Positions 20,273-29,276 of a stretch of DNA of 32,000 nucleotides are shown here, one piece after another. How positions within the stretch are numbered: the stretch's first letter is position 1; every line of letters begins with the position of its first letter. The DNA is taken from NCBI RefSeq assembly GCF_000010065.1, contig NC_006576.1, forward strand, positions 2,130,001 to 2,162,000. The letters are read 5' to 3'. Both the position numbers and the translations under genes were made by a program. This DNA is from Synechococcus elongatus PCC 6301 (lineage in GTDB: Bacteria > Cyanobacteriota > Cyanobacteriia > Synechococcales > Synechococcaceae). A model generated the notes under the pieces. It was not told where the DNA came from, searched no databases, and saw only the letters and a program-made list of their open reading frames with translations.

Positions 20273-21349
20273 ATGACTCAAATTCTTTCGTTCCTGGGTA
20301 AGGGCGGTAGTGGTCGAACAACGGCTGCGATCGCCCTTGCTCGTCAGTCGGCTGCCAGCGGTGCTCGGACCTTGGTGCTGAGTTTGGGCAGTGATCCGTC
20401 GCCAGATATGTTGCTGGACAAAGATTTGGTGGCAACACCGACCGTGATCTCGCCCAACTTGGAGGCGGTACGAATTCCGTCTACGGTAGCGATCGGCAAG
20501 GGATGGGAAGAATTACAAGCCCTTGAAGGTCAGTATCTGAAGACACCCTTCCTCCGCAACATTTACAGTTCTGAGCTGGCCCTGTTGCCGGGCTTTGAGC
20601 CTTTATTACTGCTGACGGAATTGCGGCGTTGGCTCGAGCAAGGCTACGACCGGATTTGCCTTGATGGCCTCTCTAGTCCAGAACTACTGCGCCTTTGGGG
20701 CGTTCCTGAGAGTTTGGATTGGTATCTGCGGCGCTTTCGAGGGGCGATCGCCGATTCAGAGTTTGGTCGGAATTTAGGGCCGTTTTTACCTGCTTTATCT
20801 GCGGCGGTCTTTAGTGTTGGCCTCAGTCTTGATGACTGGGGACCGGCGGCTCGCCTGCTAGAAACATCGCTCGAACAAGGGCGATCGCTCTTGGCCGATC
20901 CGCGCAAAGCAATGGCGATTCTGACCACGCGCAGCGATCGCGTCTCGCAGGCCGTGGCTTTGCAATGGTGGGGGGCGGCGCAACCGATTGGTTTACGTGT
21001 CGGTGCCGTACTCGCTAGCGAGAGTTCAGGCTTGGACGACCTCAAGCGCGACTTTGCGCCCTTGCCCGTTTTTTCACTGAGTTCTGCCGCGTCTGATTCG
21101 GTGCTGCCCAGCTTTGATGTCTTGAATCATGCCCCGGAGCCACTGAGTATCGATTTGCAGGCGCGACAGATTCGGTTGTTCTTGCCGGGCCTCGCCAAAG
21201 AAGCGGTCAAACTCTCGCAATCCGGCCCAGAGATTACCATTGAAGCCGGCGATCAGCGGCGTAATTTACGGTTGCCGGTTGCCCTGCAAGGACGAGCTGT
21301 GACTTCGGCTCGTTTCCAAGAGCAGTCTTTGATCCTGTCCTTTCAATAG
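20273..21349 (+). CDS. ArsA/Get3-like P-loop ATPase
   Basis: 358 aa with deviant Walker A FLGKGGSGRTTAAIALARQSAASGARTLVLSLGSDPS and a C-terminal Hsp20-like beta-rich tail. Confidence 0.8.
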   Translation: MTQILSFLGKGGSGRTTAAIALARQSAASGARTLVLSLGSDPSPDMLLDKDLVATPTVISPNLEAVRIPSTVAIGKGWEELQALEGQYLKTPFLRNIYSSELALLPGFEPLLLLTELRRWLEQGYDRICLDGLSSPELLRLWGVPESLDWYLRRFRGAIADSEFGRNLGPFLPALSAAVFSVGLSLDDWGPAARLLETSLEQGRSLLADPRKAMAILTTRSDRVSQAVALQWWGAAQPIGLRVGAVLASESSGLDDLKRDFAPLPVFSLSSAASDSVLPSFDVLNHAPEPLSIDLQARQIRLFLPGLAKEAVKLSQSGPEITIEAGDQRRNLRLPVALQGRAVTSARFQEQSLILSFQ

Positions 21350-21361
21350 TTAGCGGTCGCG

Positions 21362-22381
21362 ATGTCTGAGCAACCCGTTACGCCTCCCGCGATCGAAGAC
21401 ATTGCCCCTGAGGATACTGCCAGCGGAGCGAAGGCGCGCCAACTCCTTGGCATGAAAGGGGCGCAAGCCGGAGAAACGTCGACCTGGAAGATTCGGCTGC
21501 AATAGATGAAGCCGATCACTTGGATTCCCTTGATTTGGGGTGTGGTGTGTGGTGCGGCTGCTTCTGGCGGCTATGAATGGCGCTTCGATCATGTCTTGAT
21601 TGCCGCAGCCTGCATGTTGATGTCGGGGCCGTTACTGACTGGTTACACCCAGACCATTAACGACTACTACGATCGCGAAATTGATGCGATCAACGAACCC
21701 TATCGACCGATTCCGTCCGGTGCGATTTCCCTGAGTCAAGTGCAGGCCCAAATCTGGGTGCTATTATTGGCGGGAATTGCGATCGCTTTTGGACTGGATC
21801 GCTGGGCCAATCACGACTTCCCGATCATCACTGCTTTGGCGATCGGCGGCTCGTTTGTCTCCTATATCTATTCCGCTCCGCCCCTGAAACTCAAACAAAA
21901 TGGTTGGCTGGGGAACTACGCCTTGGGTGCCAGTTACATCGCTCTGCCTTGGTGGGCGGGTCAAGCCCTATTCGGCCAACTGAGCTGGACGATTGTAGTC
22001 GTCACCTTGGTCTATAGCTTGGCTGGACTCGGGATCGCTGTTGTCAACGACTTCAAGAGTGTCGAAGGCGATCGCGCCTTGGGCCTAAAGTCTCTGCCGG
22101 TTTCCTTTGGTATCCAAACCGCCTCTTGGATTTGCGTGTTGATGATCGACCTGTTCCAGTTGGCGGCAGCCGGCTATTTGGTTGCGATCGGTCAGAATCT
22201 CTACGCGGCCATCTTGGTGCTGCTGATCATTCCGCAGATTACCTTCCAGGACATGTATTTCCTGCGTGATCCGCTGGGTAATGATGTCAAATATCAAGCT
22301 AGTGCTCAGCCGTTCTTAGTTCTCGGTATGTTGGTCACGGCGCTGGCGATCGGTCATAGCACAGTCGCAACTGTGTTCTAA
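21362..22381 (+). CDS. chlG: Chlorophyll synthase, with an in-frame TAG at 21503-21505 splitting the frame into a 47-codon upstream part and a 291-codon downstream part (21506-22381)
   Basis: MSEQPVTPPAIEDIAPEDTASGAKARQLLGMKGAQAGETSTWKIRLQ*MKPITWIPLIWGVVCGAAASGGYEW...NDYYDREIDAINEPYRPIPSGAIS...NDFKSVEGDRALGLKSLP. Both sides of the stop are conserved ChlG sequence in the same frame. Confidence 0.9.
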
Positions 22382-22413
22382 TTCTCCACGTTCACTGAAC
22401 TGACTGTGTCTGA

Positions 22414-22444
22414 AGTCCCTGGGTGACGCGATCGCTCAGGGACT
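22414..22444. terminator. Candidate bidirectional hairpin between convergent chlG and marC
   Basis: Perfect 8-bp inverted repeat AGTCCCTG (22414-22421) / CAGGGACT (22437-22444). No T-run; the marC stop codon lies in it. Confidence 0.45.
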
Positions 22445-23107
22445 ATTGATAATGGCCCGATTGATAAAGCCAATCGTAGCTTCGCCCAATCCATTCAAAA
22501 TGAACTGAACTCCGATTGCCGCTAGCATTAATCCCAAAAGACGGGAGGTAATTTCTAATCCGAGATCACCCAAGATCCGCTCGAACCAGCTGGCAACTGA
22601 AAGCGTGAGCCAACTCACTATACAAATAGCAATGACTGCGCCAATTAAGCCCAAGTTGGTTGCTAGGTTATTGGCTAAATTGCCGTAAAGAACAGCGGTG
22701 CTAATTGAGGCAGGGCCGACAAAGATCGGGATACCTAAAGGGATGAAAAAAGATTGATAGACGGTTTCCGCTCGACGAAACGCGCTCTTAATCCCAATGT
22801 CAGCAAGCTTTTGGTTGGCTTTCGTGCGATCGCCTTGAATCATGTTGATACCAATCAGCAGCAAAATGATGCCGCCGGCAATCCGAAAAGCGGCCAAAGA
22901 AATCCCGAAGAAGCGAAGGATGGCGGTGCCGCTCAGCAGGAACACTAGCTGAGAAATAAAAACTGTCAGCACTAAAAAGAGAGCAAGCAGACGTTGAACC
23001 GAAGGCTTTTCCTTGCCCACGTAGCTGATGAAGATGGGAAGATTGCCCAGAGGGTTGGTGACGGCAAAGAGAGCGACTGCAAAATTCAGCACTAAGGGCC
23101 AATTCAT
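22436..23107 (-). CDS. MarC family integral membrane protein
   Basis: From M at 23107: MNWPLVLNFAVALFAVTNPLGNLPIFISYVG...FFIPLGIPIFVGPASISTAVLYG. The track ORF to 23191 probably carries 28 extra N-terminal residues. Confidence 0.9.
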   Translation of the reverse strand: MNWPLVLNFAVALFAVTNPLGNLPIFISYVGKEKPSVQRLLALFLVLTVFISQLVFLLSGTAILRFFGISLAAFRIAGGIILLLIGINMIQGDRTKANQKLADIGIKSAFRRAETVYQSFFIPLGIPIFVGPASISTAVLYGNLANNLATNLGLIGAVIAICIVSWLTLSVASWFERILGDLGLEITSRLLGLMLAAIGVQFILNGLGEATIGFINRAIINSP

Positions 23108-23456
23108 AGCAACTTTGGCCAAGTGAATAAGTTCAAGCGCTTGAAGACTCCGATTGCAAACTTCGGGGCGGGAAGCGCGGTATATGCTCAACCCCTCGTT
23201 CTACTCTGCCATCAATCCCTCAGGCCTGATTGGCCAACAACCCTGTTCTGAGCAGTAGAGTTCTCGCCCGAACTGAGAACAGAAGAAAAGCTTTCAGTCG
23301 TGTTTAGGACGTAGCGATCGCCCTACAGTGCTATCAGAGCGCGAGCCCTCAGGTGCGCTCCCGGACGCTGATTTGCCCATCTGCACGCTTCCTTGGCCGG
23401 AGGTCGAGCCACCTGCACTCTGACAATGGCTGCTGGCACAGCAGCAGGGGAGCTCT

Positions 23457-25445
23457 ATGCAAGATCACAAGCTGGGTCGCCGCAATATTGCGATCGTAGG
23501 GCCTTATGGCTCTGGTAAAACCAGTCTGCTAGAAAGTCTGCTGGCGGAACTCGGGGCAATCAATCGGCCGGGTCGCGTCGATGCTGGTAATACGGTCGGC
23601 GATAGCTCGCCCGAAGCGCGATCGCGGCAAATGACCGTTGAGATCAATGTTGCTAATACTGACAGTCTGACCTTCTTGGACTGTCCAGGTTCGGTGGAAT
23701 TCCAGCAGGAAACCTGGAACGCTTTGATTGGGGTTGATGGGGCGATTGTTGTCTGCGAAGCCGATCCCGATCGCGCCTTGACCCTCGCCCCGATTTTCCA
23801 CTTTCTCGACAGTTGGGAAATTCCCCACTGCGTCTTTATCAACAAGCTCGAGCGGGCAACGGAAGCGCGTTGGCAAGCCACCCTCGATAGCCTGCGCAGC
23901 TGCTGTAGCCGGCCACTGGTGGCGCAGCAGTATCCCTTATTCCAAGGCGATCGCGCCGTGGGCTTTGTCGATCTGATCTCTGAGCAGTCCCATTCCTTTG
24001 GCGAAGCGCTCAACCTGCCGCTATCGATGGCAGAGTCCGTAGCTCGCAACACGCTGCTGGAAACTTTGGCCGACTACGACGACCATTTACTTGAGGAACT
24101 ACTGGAAGAAATTGAGCCGCCCGTTGAAGAAATCTTGGACGATCTGCGTCAAGACGTCAGTGCCGATCTGATTGTGCCGGTGTTGACGGGGAGCGCTCAG
24201 TTGTACTGGGGAATCTCAGCACTATTAGCAGCGCTGCAGCAGGAGATGCCGACCCCAGCGGAGACGGTGCAACATCGCCGCCTGATTCCCTGCGATCGCC
24301 CAGTGGCGCAAGTCCTGAAAACCTTCTTTCATCCCCAGGCGGGCAAACTCTCCCTCATTCGACTCTGGCAGGGTGAGCTGCAGGAAGGCGATACCTTGGA
24401 TGGCGATCGCCCCAGTGGCATTTACCGGATGATGGGCGATCAGTTGCAATCGGTGCAGCAGGCTCGCAGTGGCGAGATTGTGGCCCTGGGCCGGATGGAA
24501 TCAGCCCTGACTGGCGACAGTCTTGGCTTGGATGCTGTCGATAGTCCGTTGCCACGGGTCGCGATTCAGACGCCGGTTTATGCTCTGGCACTCACGCCCG
24601 AGCGGCGCAGTGATGAAGTCAAACTCGGCAATTGTCTGCGTCGTCTTCAAGAAGAAGATCCGTCTCTGCAGTGGGAACAGCACGGCGATACCCATGAGGT
24701 GATCCTCTGGGGACAAGGTGAAATTCATCTGCAAGTGGCTCTCGATCGCTTGCGCCGCAAGTACAACCTGCCGATGAGCACACACCTGCCGCAGGTGCCC
24801 TTCCGCGAAACGATTCGCAGCGCGGTCAGTGGCGTCCACGGGCGCTATAAACACCAGACCGGCGGCCATGGTCAGTTTGGCGATGTCTATCTCGACATCC
24901 AACCGCTGCCTCGGGGTGAAGGCTTCCGCTTCCAAGAAACGGTTGTCGGTGGCGTGGTGCCGCGCCAGTACATTCCTGGGGTCGAATCGGGAGTGCGCGA
25001 ATTTCTGGAACGCGGGCCGCTGGGTTTCCCCTTAGTGGATGTGGAAGTGACACTGACCCATGGGTCGTACCACAGCGTCGATAGCTCCGAGCAGGCTTTC
25101 CGGCAGGCAGCTCGCTTGGCGATGCAGTCCGGCATTCCGGCAGCAGAACCGCTGCTACTGGAGCCGATCCTGCAAGTCGAACTCTTCGCCCCAGCGGTGT
25201 TTACCTCCTCTATGCTGCGGTTGCTGAGCGGTCATCGTGGCCAAATCCTTGGCTATGAGTCCTGCGACAACCGCGAGGGTTGGGATCAGGTCAGTGCTTA
25301 TCTGCCTCAAGCCGAAATGCAGGCCCTTGGTATTGAGTTGCGATCGGTGACTCAGGGCGTGGGCTTCTTCCACTGGCGGCATAGCCACCTCGCGGAGGTT
25401 CCAGAACGGCTGCAGCAACAGCTCCTGAGCGATCGCAGTCAATAG
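23457..25445 (+). CDS. Elongation factor G-like GTPase (EF-G paralog)
   Basis: 662 aa: NIAIVGPYGSGKTSLLESLL, FLDCPGSVEF, FINKLERAT, and EF-G domain IV/V segments (PQVPFRETIRSAVSGVHGRYKHQTGGHGQFGDV; LLRLLSGHRGQILGYE). Confidence 0.9.
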   Translation: MQDHKLGRRNIAIVGPYGSGKTSLLESLLAELGAINRPGRVDAGNTVGDSSPEARSRQMTVEINVANTDSLTFLDCPGSVEFQQETWNALIGVDGAIVVCEADPDRALTLAPIFHFLDSWEIPHCVFINKLERATEARWQATLDSLRSCCSRPLVAQQYPLFQGDRAVGFVDLISEQSHSFGEALNLPLSMAESVARNTLLETLADYDDHLLEELLEEIEPPVEEILDDLRQDVSADLIVPVLTGSAQLYWGISALLAALQQEMPTPAETVQHRRLIPCDRPVAQVLKTFFHPQAGKLSLIRLWQGELQEGDTLDGDRPSGIYRMMGDQLQSVQQARSGEIVALGRMESALTGDSLGLDAVDSPLPRVAIQTPVYALALTPERRSDEVKLGNCLRRLQEEDPSLQWEQHGDTHEVILWGQGEIHLQVALDRLRRKYNLPMSTHLPQVPFRETIRSAVSGVHGRYKHQTGGHGQFGDVYLDIQPLPRGEGFRFQETVVGGVVPRQYIPGVESGVREFLERGPLGFPLVDVEVTLTHGSYHSVDSSEQAFRQAARLAMQSGIPAAEPLLLEPILQVELFAPAVFTSSMLRLLSGHRGQILGYESCDNREGWDQVSAYLPQAEMQALGIELRSVTQGVGFFHWRHSHLAEVPERLQQQLLSDRSQ

Positions 25446-25524
25446 ACGATTCAGCGATCGCCCCCTAGAGCGACCCGGCTGCCTCACGCCTCGGCGATAA
25501 TGGGCAGGAAAGGCCGGGCGCTCT

Positions 25525-26475
25525 ATGGTGTTTTTTAGCGTCGTTGTCCCCACCTACAACCGTCGTCCCATTCTGGAAAAATGTCTGCGTGCTCTCGAGC
25601 AGCAGCAAATTTCAGCTGAGACAGCGATCGCGGGCTATGAAGTCGTGGTGGTTGATGACGGATCCACGGATGGCACGGTGGACTGGCTGAAAGCGCAAGC
25701 CTCCGAATTTCCGCACGTCCGTTTGTTTGAGCAGGATCATCAAGGCCCCGCTCGAGCGCGTAACTTGGGGGTCCAGCAAGCCCAAGGCGACACGATCATC
25801 TTTATCGATAGCGACTTGGTGGTGACGCCGCCTTTCTTGCAGGCTCACGCTACAGGCTTGGAAAAAGGGCGACAACGCCTTGGCAGCGATCGCTGCTTTA
25901 CCTACGGCGCGGTGATCAATACCTGTAACTTCGATAACCCGACAGCGGAACCGTTCAAAGTGACGGACTTTTCCAACGCTTACTTTGCAACGGGCAACGT
26001 CGCGATCGCCCGTCACTGGTTGGAGACTGCGGGACTGTTTGATACCGCCTTTCAGCTCTATGGCTGGGAGGATTTGGAACTGGGGGTTCGCCTTAAGAAC
26101 CTGGGGCTAAAGCTCATTCGTTGTCCAGAAGCTGTTGGCTATCACTGGCATCCGCCCTTTAGCTTGGAGCAAATTCCCAAGCTGATCGATCAGGAATCCC
26201 AGCGAGGCCGCATGGGAGTGCTCTTTTACCAGAAGCATCCGACTTGGGAAGTGCGGCTGATGATTCAGATGACCTGGCTGCACCGCTTGCTCTGGGGCAC
26301 GCTTTCGCTCGGCGGATTCTTGAATGAGCGAACTTTGCGACCGCTGTTGGCTTGGTTGTTGAAGCGCGATCGCCCACAACTGGCGCTGGAAATCGCCCGC
26401 ATTTTCCTGAACTGGAACAACGTCCGCAGCGTTTACGCCGCCTATCGGGAATCTCAAGGCTTAGCCTCTTCCTGA
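25525..26475 (+). CDS. Family 2 glycosyltransferase
   Basis: FSVVVPTYNRRPILEKCLRALEQQ...YEVVVVDDGSTDGTVDWL...DTIIFIDSDLVV...GWEDLELGVRL. Confidence 0.92.
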   Translation: MVFFSVVVPTYNRRPILEKCLRALEQQQISAETAIAGYEVVVVDDGSTDGTVDWLKAQASEFPHVRLFEQDHQGPARARNLGVQQAQGDTIIFIDSDLVVTPPFLQAHATGLEKGRQRLGSDRCFTYGAVINTCNFDNPTAEPFKVTDFSNAYFATGNVAIARHWLETAGLFDTAFQLYGWEDLELGVRLKNLGLKLIRCPEAVGYHWHPPFSLEQIPKLIDQESQRGRMGVLFYQKHPTWEVRLMIQMTWLHRLLWGTLSLGGFLNERTLRPLLAWLLKRDRPQLALEIARIFLNWNNVRSVYAAYRESQGLASS

Positions 26476-26531
26476 GTGGCGATCGCGCCTGATTTTCACT
26501 GGCACGCGGTCGCTATCAACACGATCAACAG

Positions 26532-26569
26532 AGCCCTAGCTTCCCTCTTAACTGAAGTGAGCTAGGGCT
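26532..26569. terminator. Hairpin between convergent glycosyltransferase and phosphoketolase genes, probable bidirectional terminator
   Basis: Perfect 10-bp inverted repeat AGCCCTAGCT (26532-26541) / AGCTAGGGCT (26560-26569) with an 18-nt loop. Only a weak T-run. Confidence 0.65.
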
Positions 26570-26603
26570 ATTACTTTGAGTTGCTATCCAGAAGAATGGC
26601 TAT

Positions 26604-29009
26604 CTAGAAAGGCCATTGCCACTGATTGATTTCAGGGCGATCGATCCCTTCTTGATAGGCATATTGAATGTGGTCGTGGATTTGATCCTTGAGCCACTCT
26701 TTGACATGGGCACCGCGATCACGTAGATGCGGAACGCGATCGATCACATCAATTGCAAGGTTAAAGCGATCGACTTGATTGCGAATCGCTAGCTCTAATG
26801 GCGTATTGATGTTGCCAACTTCCTTGTAGCCGCGCACGTGCAAGTTGTTGTGATTGTGGCGGCGATAGGCCAGTTTGTGAATCAGCCATGGGTAGCCATG
26901 GAAGTTGAAGATAATCGGCTTGTCAACCGTAAATAGGCTATCGAAATCACGATCGCTTAACCCATGGGGATGTTCGGTATCCGGCTGAAGACGGAACAGA
27001 TCCACCACATTAACAAAGCGAATTTTGAGATCGGGAAAATGCTCACGGAGCAACGCTGTTGCCGCCAACGCTTCCAAGGTGACGACATCACCGCAACTAG
27101 CAATCACGACATCCGGTGAAGCTCCTTGGTCATTGCTTGCCCAATCCCAAATGCCAATCCCTTTAGCGCAGTGGCGAGCAGCTGCCTCAGCATCGAGATA
27201 CTGAAGGTGACTTTGTTTGTCCGCCACGATGACGTTGATATAGTCTGTGCTGCGCAGACAGTGATCAGCAACGGAGAGTAGACAGTTGGCATCCGGCGGT
27301 AGATAGATGCGGGTGACTCGTGCACTCTTATTCGTAACCAGATCAATAAAGCCGGGATCCTGATGGCTAAAGCCATTGTGATCCTGTCGCCAAACGGTCG
27401 AGGAGAGCAGGATATTTAACGACGAAACAGGGGCTCGCCAATCGACTTCCCGCTTGCTGACATCCAACCATTTCGCATGCTGATTGACCATCGAATCAAT
27501 CACATGGGCAAAGGCTTCATAGGTGGCAAAAAAGCCGTGGCGACCCGTGAGCAAGTAGGCTTCGAGCCAACCTTCGAGGGTGTGTTCACTCAGAATTTCC
27601 ATGACCCGGCCGCGATCGCTCAGGTGGCCGCCATCCTCATCCTCAGGAATGCGATCGCCCAGCCAGACTTTCGAAGTGACTTCATAAACCGCATCTAGCC
27701 GGTTCGAGGCCGTTTCATCCGGCCCAAACAGGCGGAAGTTATCGGGATTGTGACGGATCACCTCGCGCAGGAATTGACCCAGCGGTCGCGTTGAATCTGC
27801 ACGGCTTTTGCCAGGAGCCGGTACAGACACTGCTTGATCGCGGAAATCTGGCAGGGTCAAGGCACGCCGTAGCAAGCCGCCATTTGTAACTGGGTTTGCA
27901 CTCATCCGCCGATCGCCGATTGGTGCGATCGCTTGCAGTTCTGCGACTGGTGCGCCACTTGCATCAAACAATTCTTCCGGTCGGTAGCTGCGGAGCCAGT
28001 CTTCCAGCAGTTGCAAATGCTCAGGATTCGTCAGCACATCAGCCATTGGTACTTGGTGCGATCGCCAAGACCCTTCAACAACGTGCCCCTTGATCGTGGC
28101 GGGGCCGGTCCAGCCTTTGGGTGTGCGCAGCACAATCATTGGCCACATCGGGCGATCGCTACTTTCTCCCGATCGTGCCGCGGCTTGAATCGCCTGAATC
28201 TTCTGAACACAAGTCGCTAGGGTGCTAGCCATCACGCCATGCAGGATGGCGGGATCATTGCCTTCGACGAAAAAGGGTTCGTAGCCGTAGCCAATAAACA
28301 AACTGCGCAGCTCCTCATGGGAAATCCGCGACAGCAAGGTGGGGTTGGCAATTTTGTAGCCGTTGAGGTGCAGAATCGGCAGCACCGCTCCATCCTGCGC
28401 CGGATTCAGGAATTTATTGGAATGCCAAGAGGTTGCCAGCGGGCCAGTTTCGGCTTCGCCGTCACCAATCACGCAGGCCACAATCAGGTCGGGATTATCC
28501 AACGCCGCCCCAAAAGCGTGGGAGAGGCTGTAGCCCAACTCGCCACCTTCGTGGATCGATCCGGGTGTTTCGGGCGTGCAGTGGCTGCCAATGCCGCCGG
28601 GGAATGAAAACTGCTTGAAAAATTGTTGGAGTCCAGCGGTCGACTGCTGACAGTTGGGATAGACCTCACTGTAAGTTCCCTCGAGCCAAGCATTCGCCAG
28701 TAGTGCCGGAGCGCCGTGACCTGGGCCTGTGACGTAGATCAGGTTGAGATCCAAGCGGCGGATCAAGCGGTTGAGATGAACGTAGACAAAGCTCAAGCCG
28801 GGATCGCTTCCCCAGTGCCCCAGCAACCGCTGTTTGATATGTTCGGGCCGCAGCGGTTCTTGCAGCAGCGGATTATCTCGTAAATAAATTTGCCCAACCG
28901 ACAGGTAGTTGGCGGCTCGCCACCACGCATCGATCGCAGCCTGTTCGTTGGGACTTAGTGTGGCAATATCCGTCGCTTGCAAGGTACTTGTCATCGCTGA
29001 CTCAACCAA
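26604..29009 (-). CDS. xfp: Xylulose-5-phosphate/fructose-6-phosphate phosphoketolase
   Basis: 801 aa (or 796 aa from the internal ATG at 28994): [20 protein letters not shown]...[24 protein letters not shown]...[24 protein letters not shown]...[32 protein letters not shown]. Confidence 0.96.
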   Translation of the reverse strand: MVESAMTSTLQATDIATLSPNEQAAIDAWWRAANYLSVGQIYLRDNPLLQEPLRPEHIKQRLLGHWGSDPGLSFVYVHLNRLIRRLDLNLIYVTGPGHGAPALLANAWLEGTYSEVYPNCQQSTAGLQQFFKQFSFPGGIGSHCTPETPGSIHEGGELGYSLSHAFGAALDNPDLIVACVIGDGEAETGPLATSWHSNKFLNPAQDGAVLPILHLNGYKIANPTLLSRISHEELRSLFIGYGYEPFFVEGNDPAILHGVMASTLATCVQKIQAIQAAARSGESSDRPMWPMIVLRTPKGWTGPATIKGHVVEGSWRSHQVPMADVLTNPEHLQLLEDWLRSYRPEELFDASGAPVAELQAIAPIGDRRMSANPVTNGGLLRRALTLPDFRDQAVSVPAPGKSRADSTRPLGQFLREVIRHNPDNFRLFGPDETASNRLDAVYEVTSKVWLGDRIPEDEDGGHLSDRGRVMEILSEHTLEGWLEAYLLTGRHGFFATYEAFAHVIDSMVNQHAKWLDVSKREVDWRAPVSSLNILLSSTVWRQDHNGFSHQDPGFIDLVTNKSARVTRIYLPPDANCLLSVADHCLRSTDYINVIVADKQSHLQYLDAEAAARHCAKGIGIWDWASNDQGASPDVVIASCGDVVTLEALAATALLREHFPDLKIRFVNVVDLFRLQPDTEHPHGLSDRDFDSLFTVDKPIIFNFHGYPWLIHKLAYRRHNHNNLHVRGYKEVGNINTPLELAIRNQVDRFNLAIDVIDRVPHLRDRGAHVKEWLKDQIHDHIQYAYQEGIDRPEINQWQWPF

Positions 29010-29276
29010 AATGAACGCTATCGCGATCCCGAATATTTTTATGTTTTCATTACGATCGCAGTCATATTCTGCAATGTCGCTGAATAGAATCGGGACGGAC
29101 TGTTAAAACCCTATCGCAAAATAAAAATAACGGCGATCGTGGAGAATGGTTGCTCAGCCAGCCTTTCCAGCTCTCTTCAAAACTAAAAAATTTTAGTAAT
29201 CATTGCAGGTTGATGTGATTAAGCACACATACATTGTTGGCTATGGTTGTTAAATACCCAAAAGGAGCACTGACGA

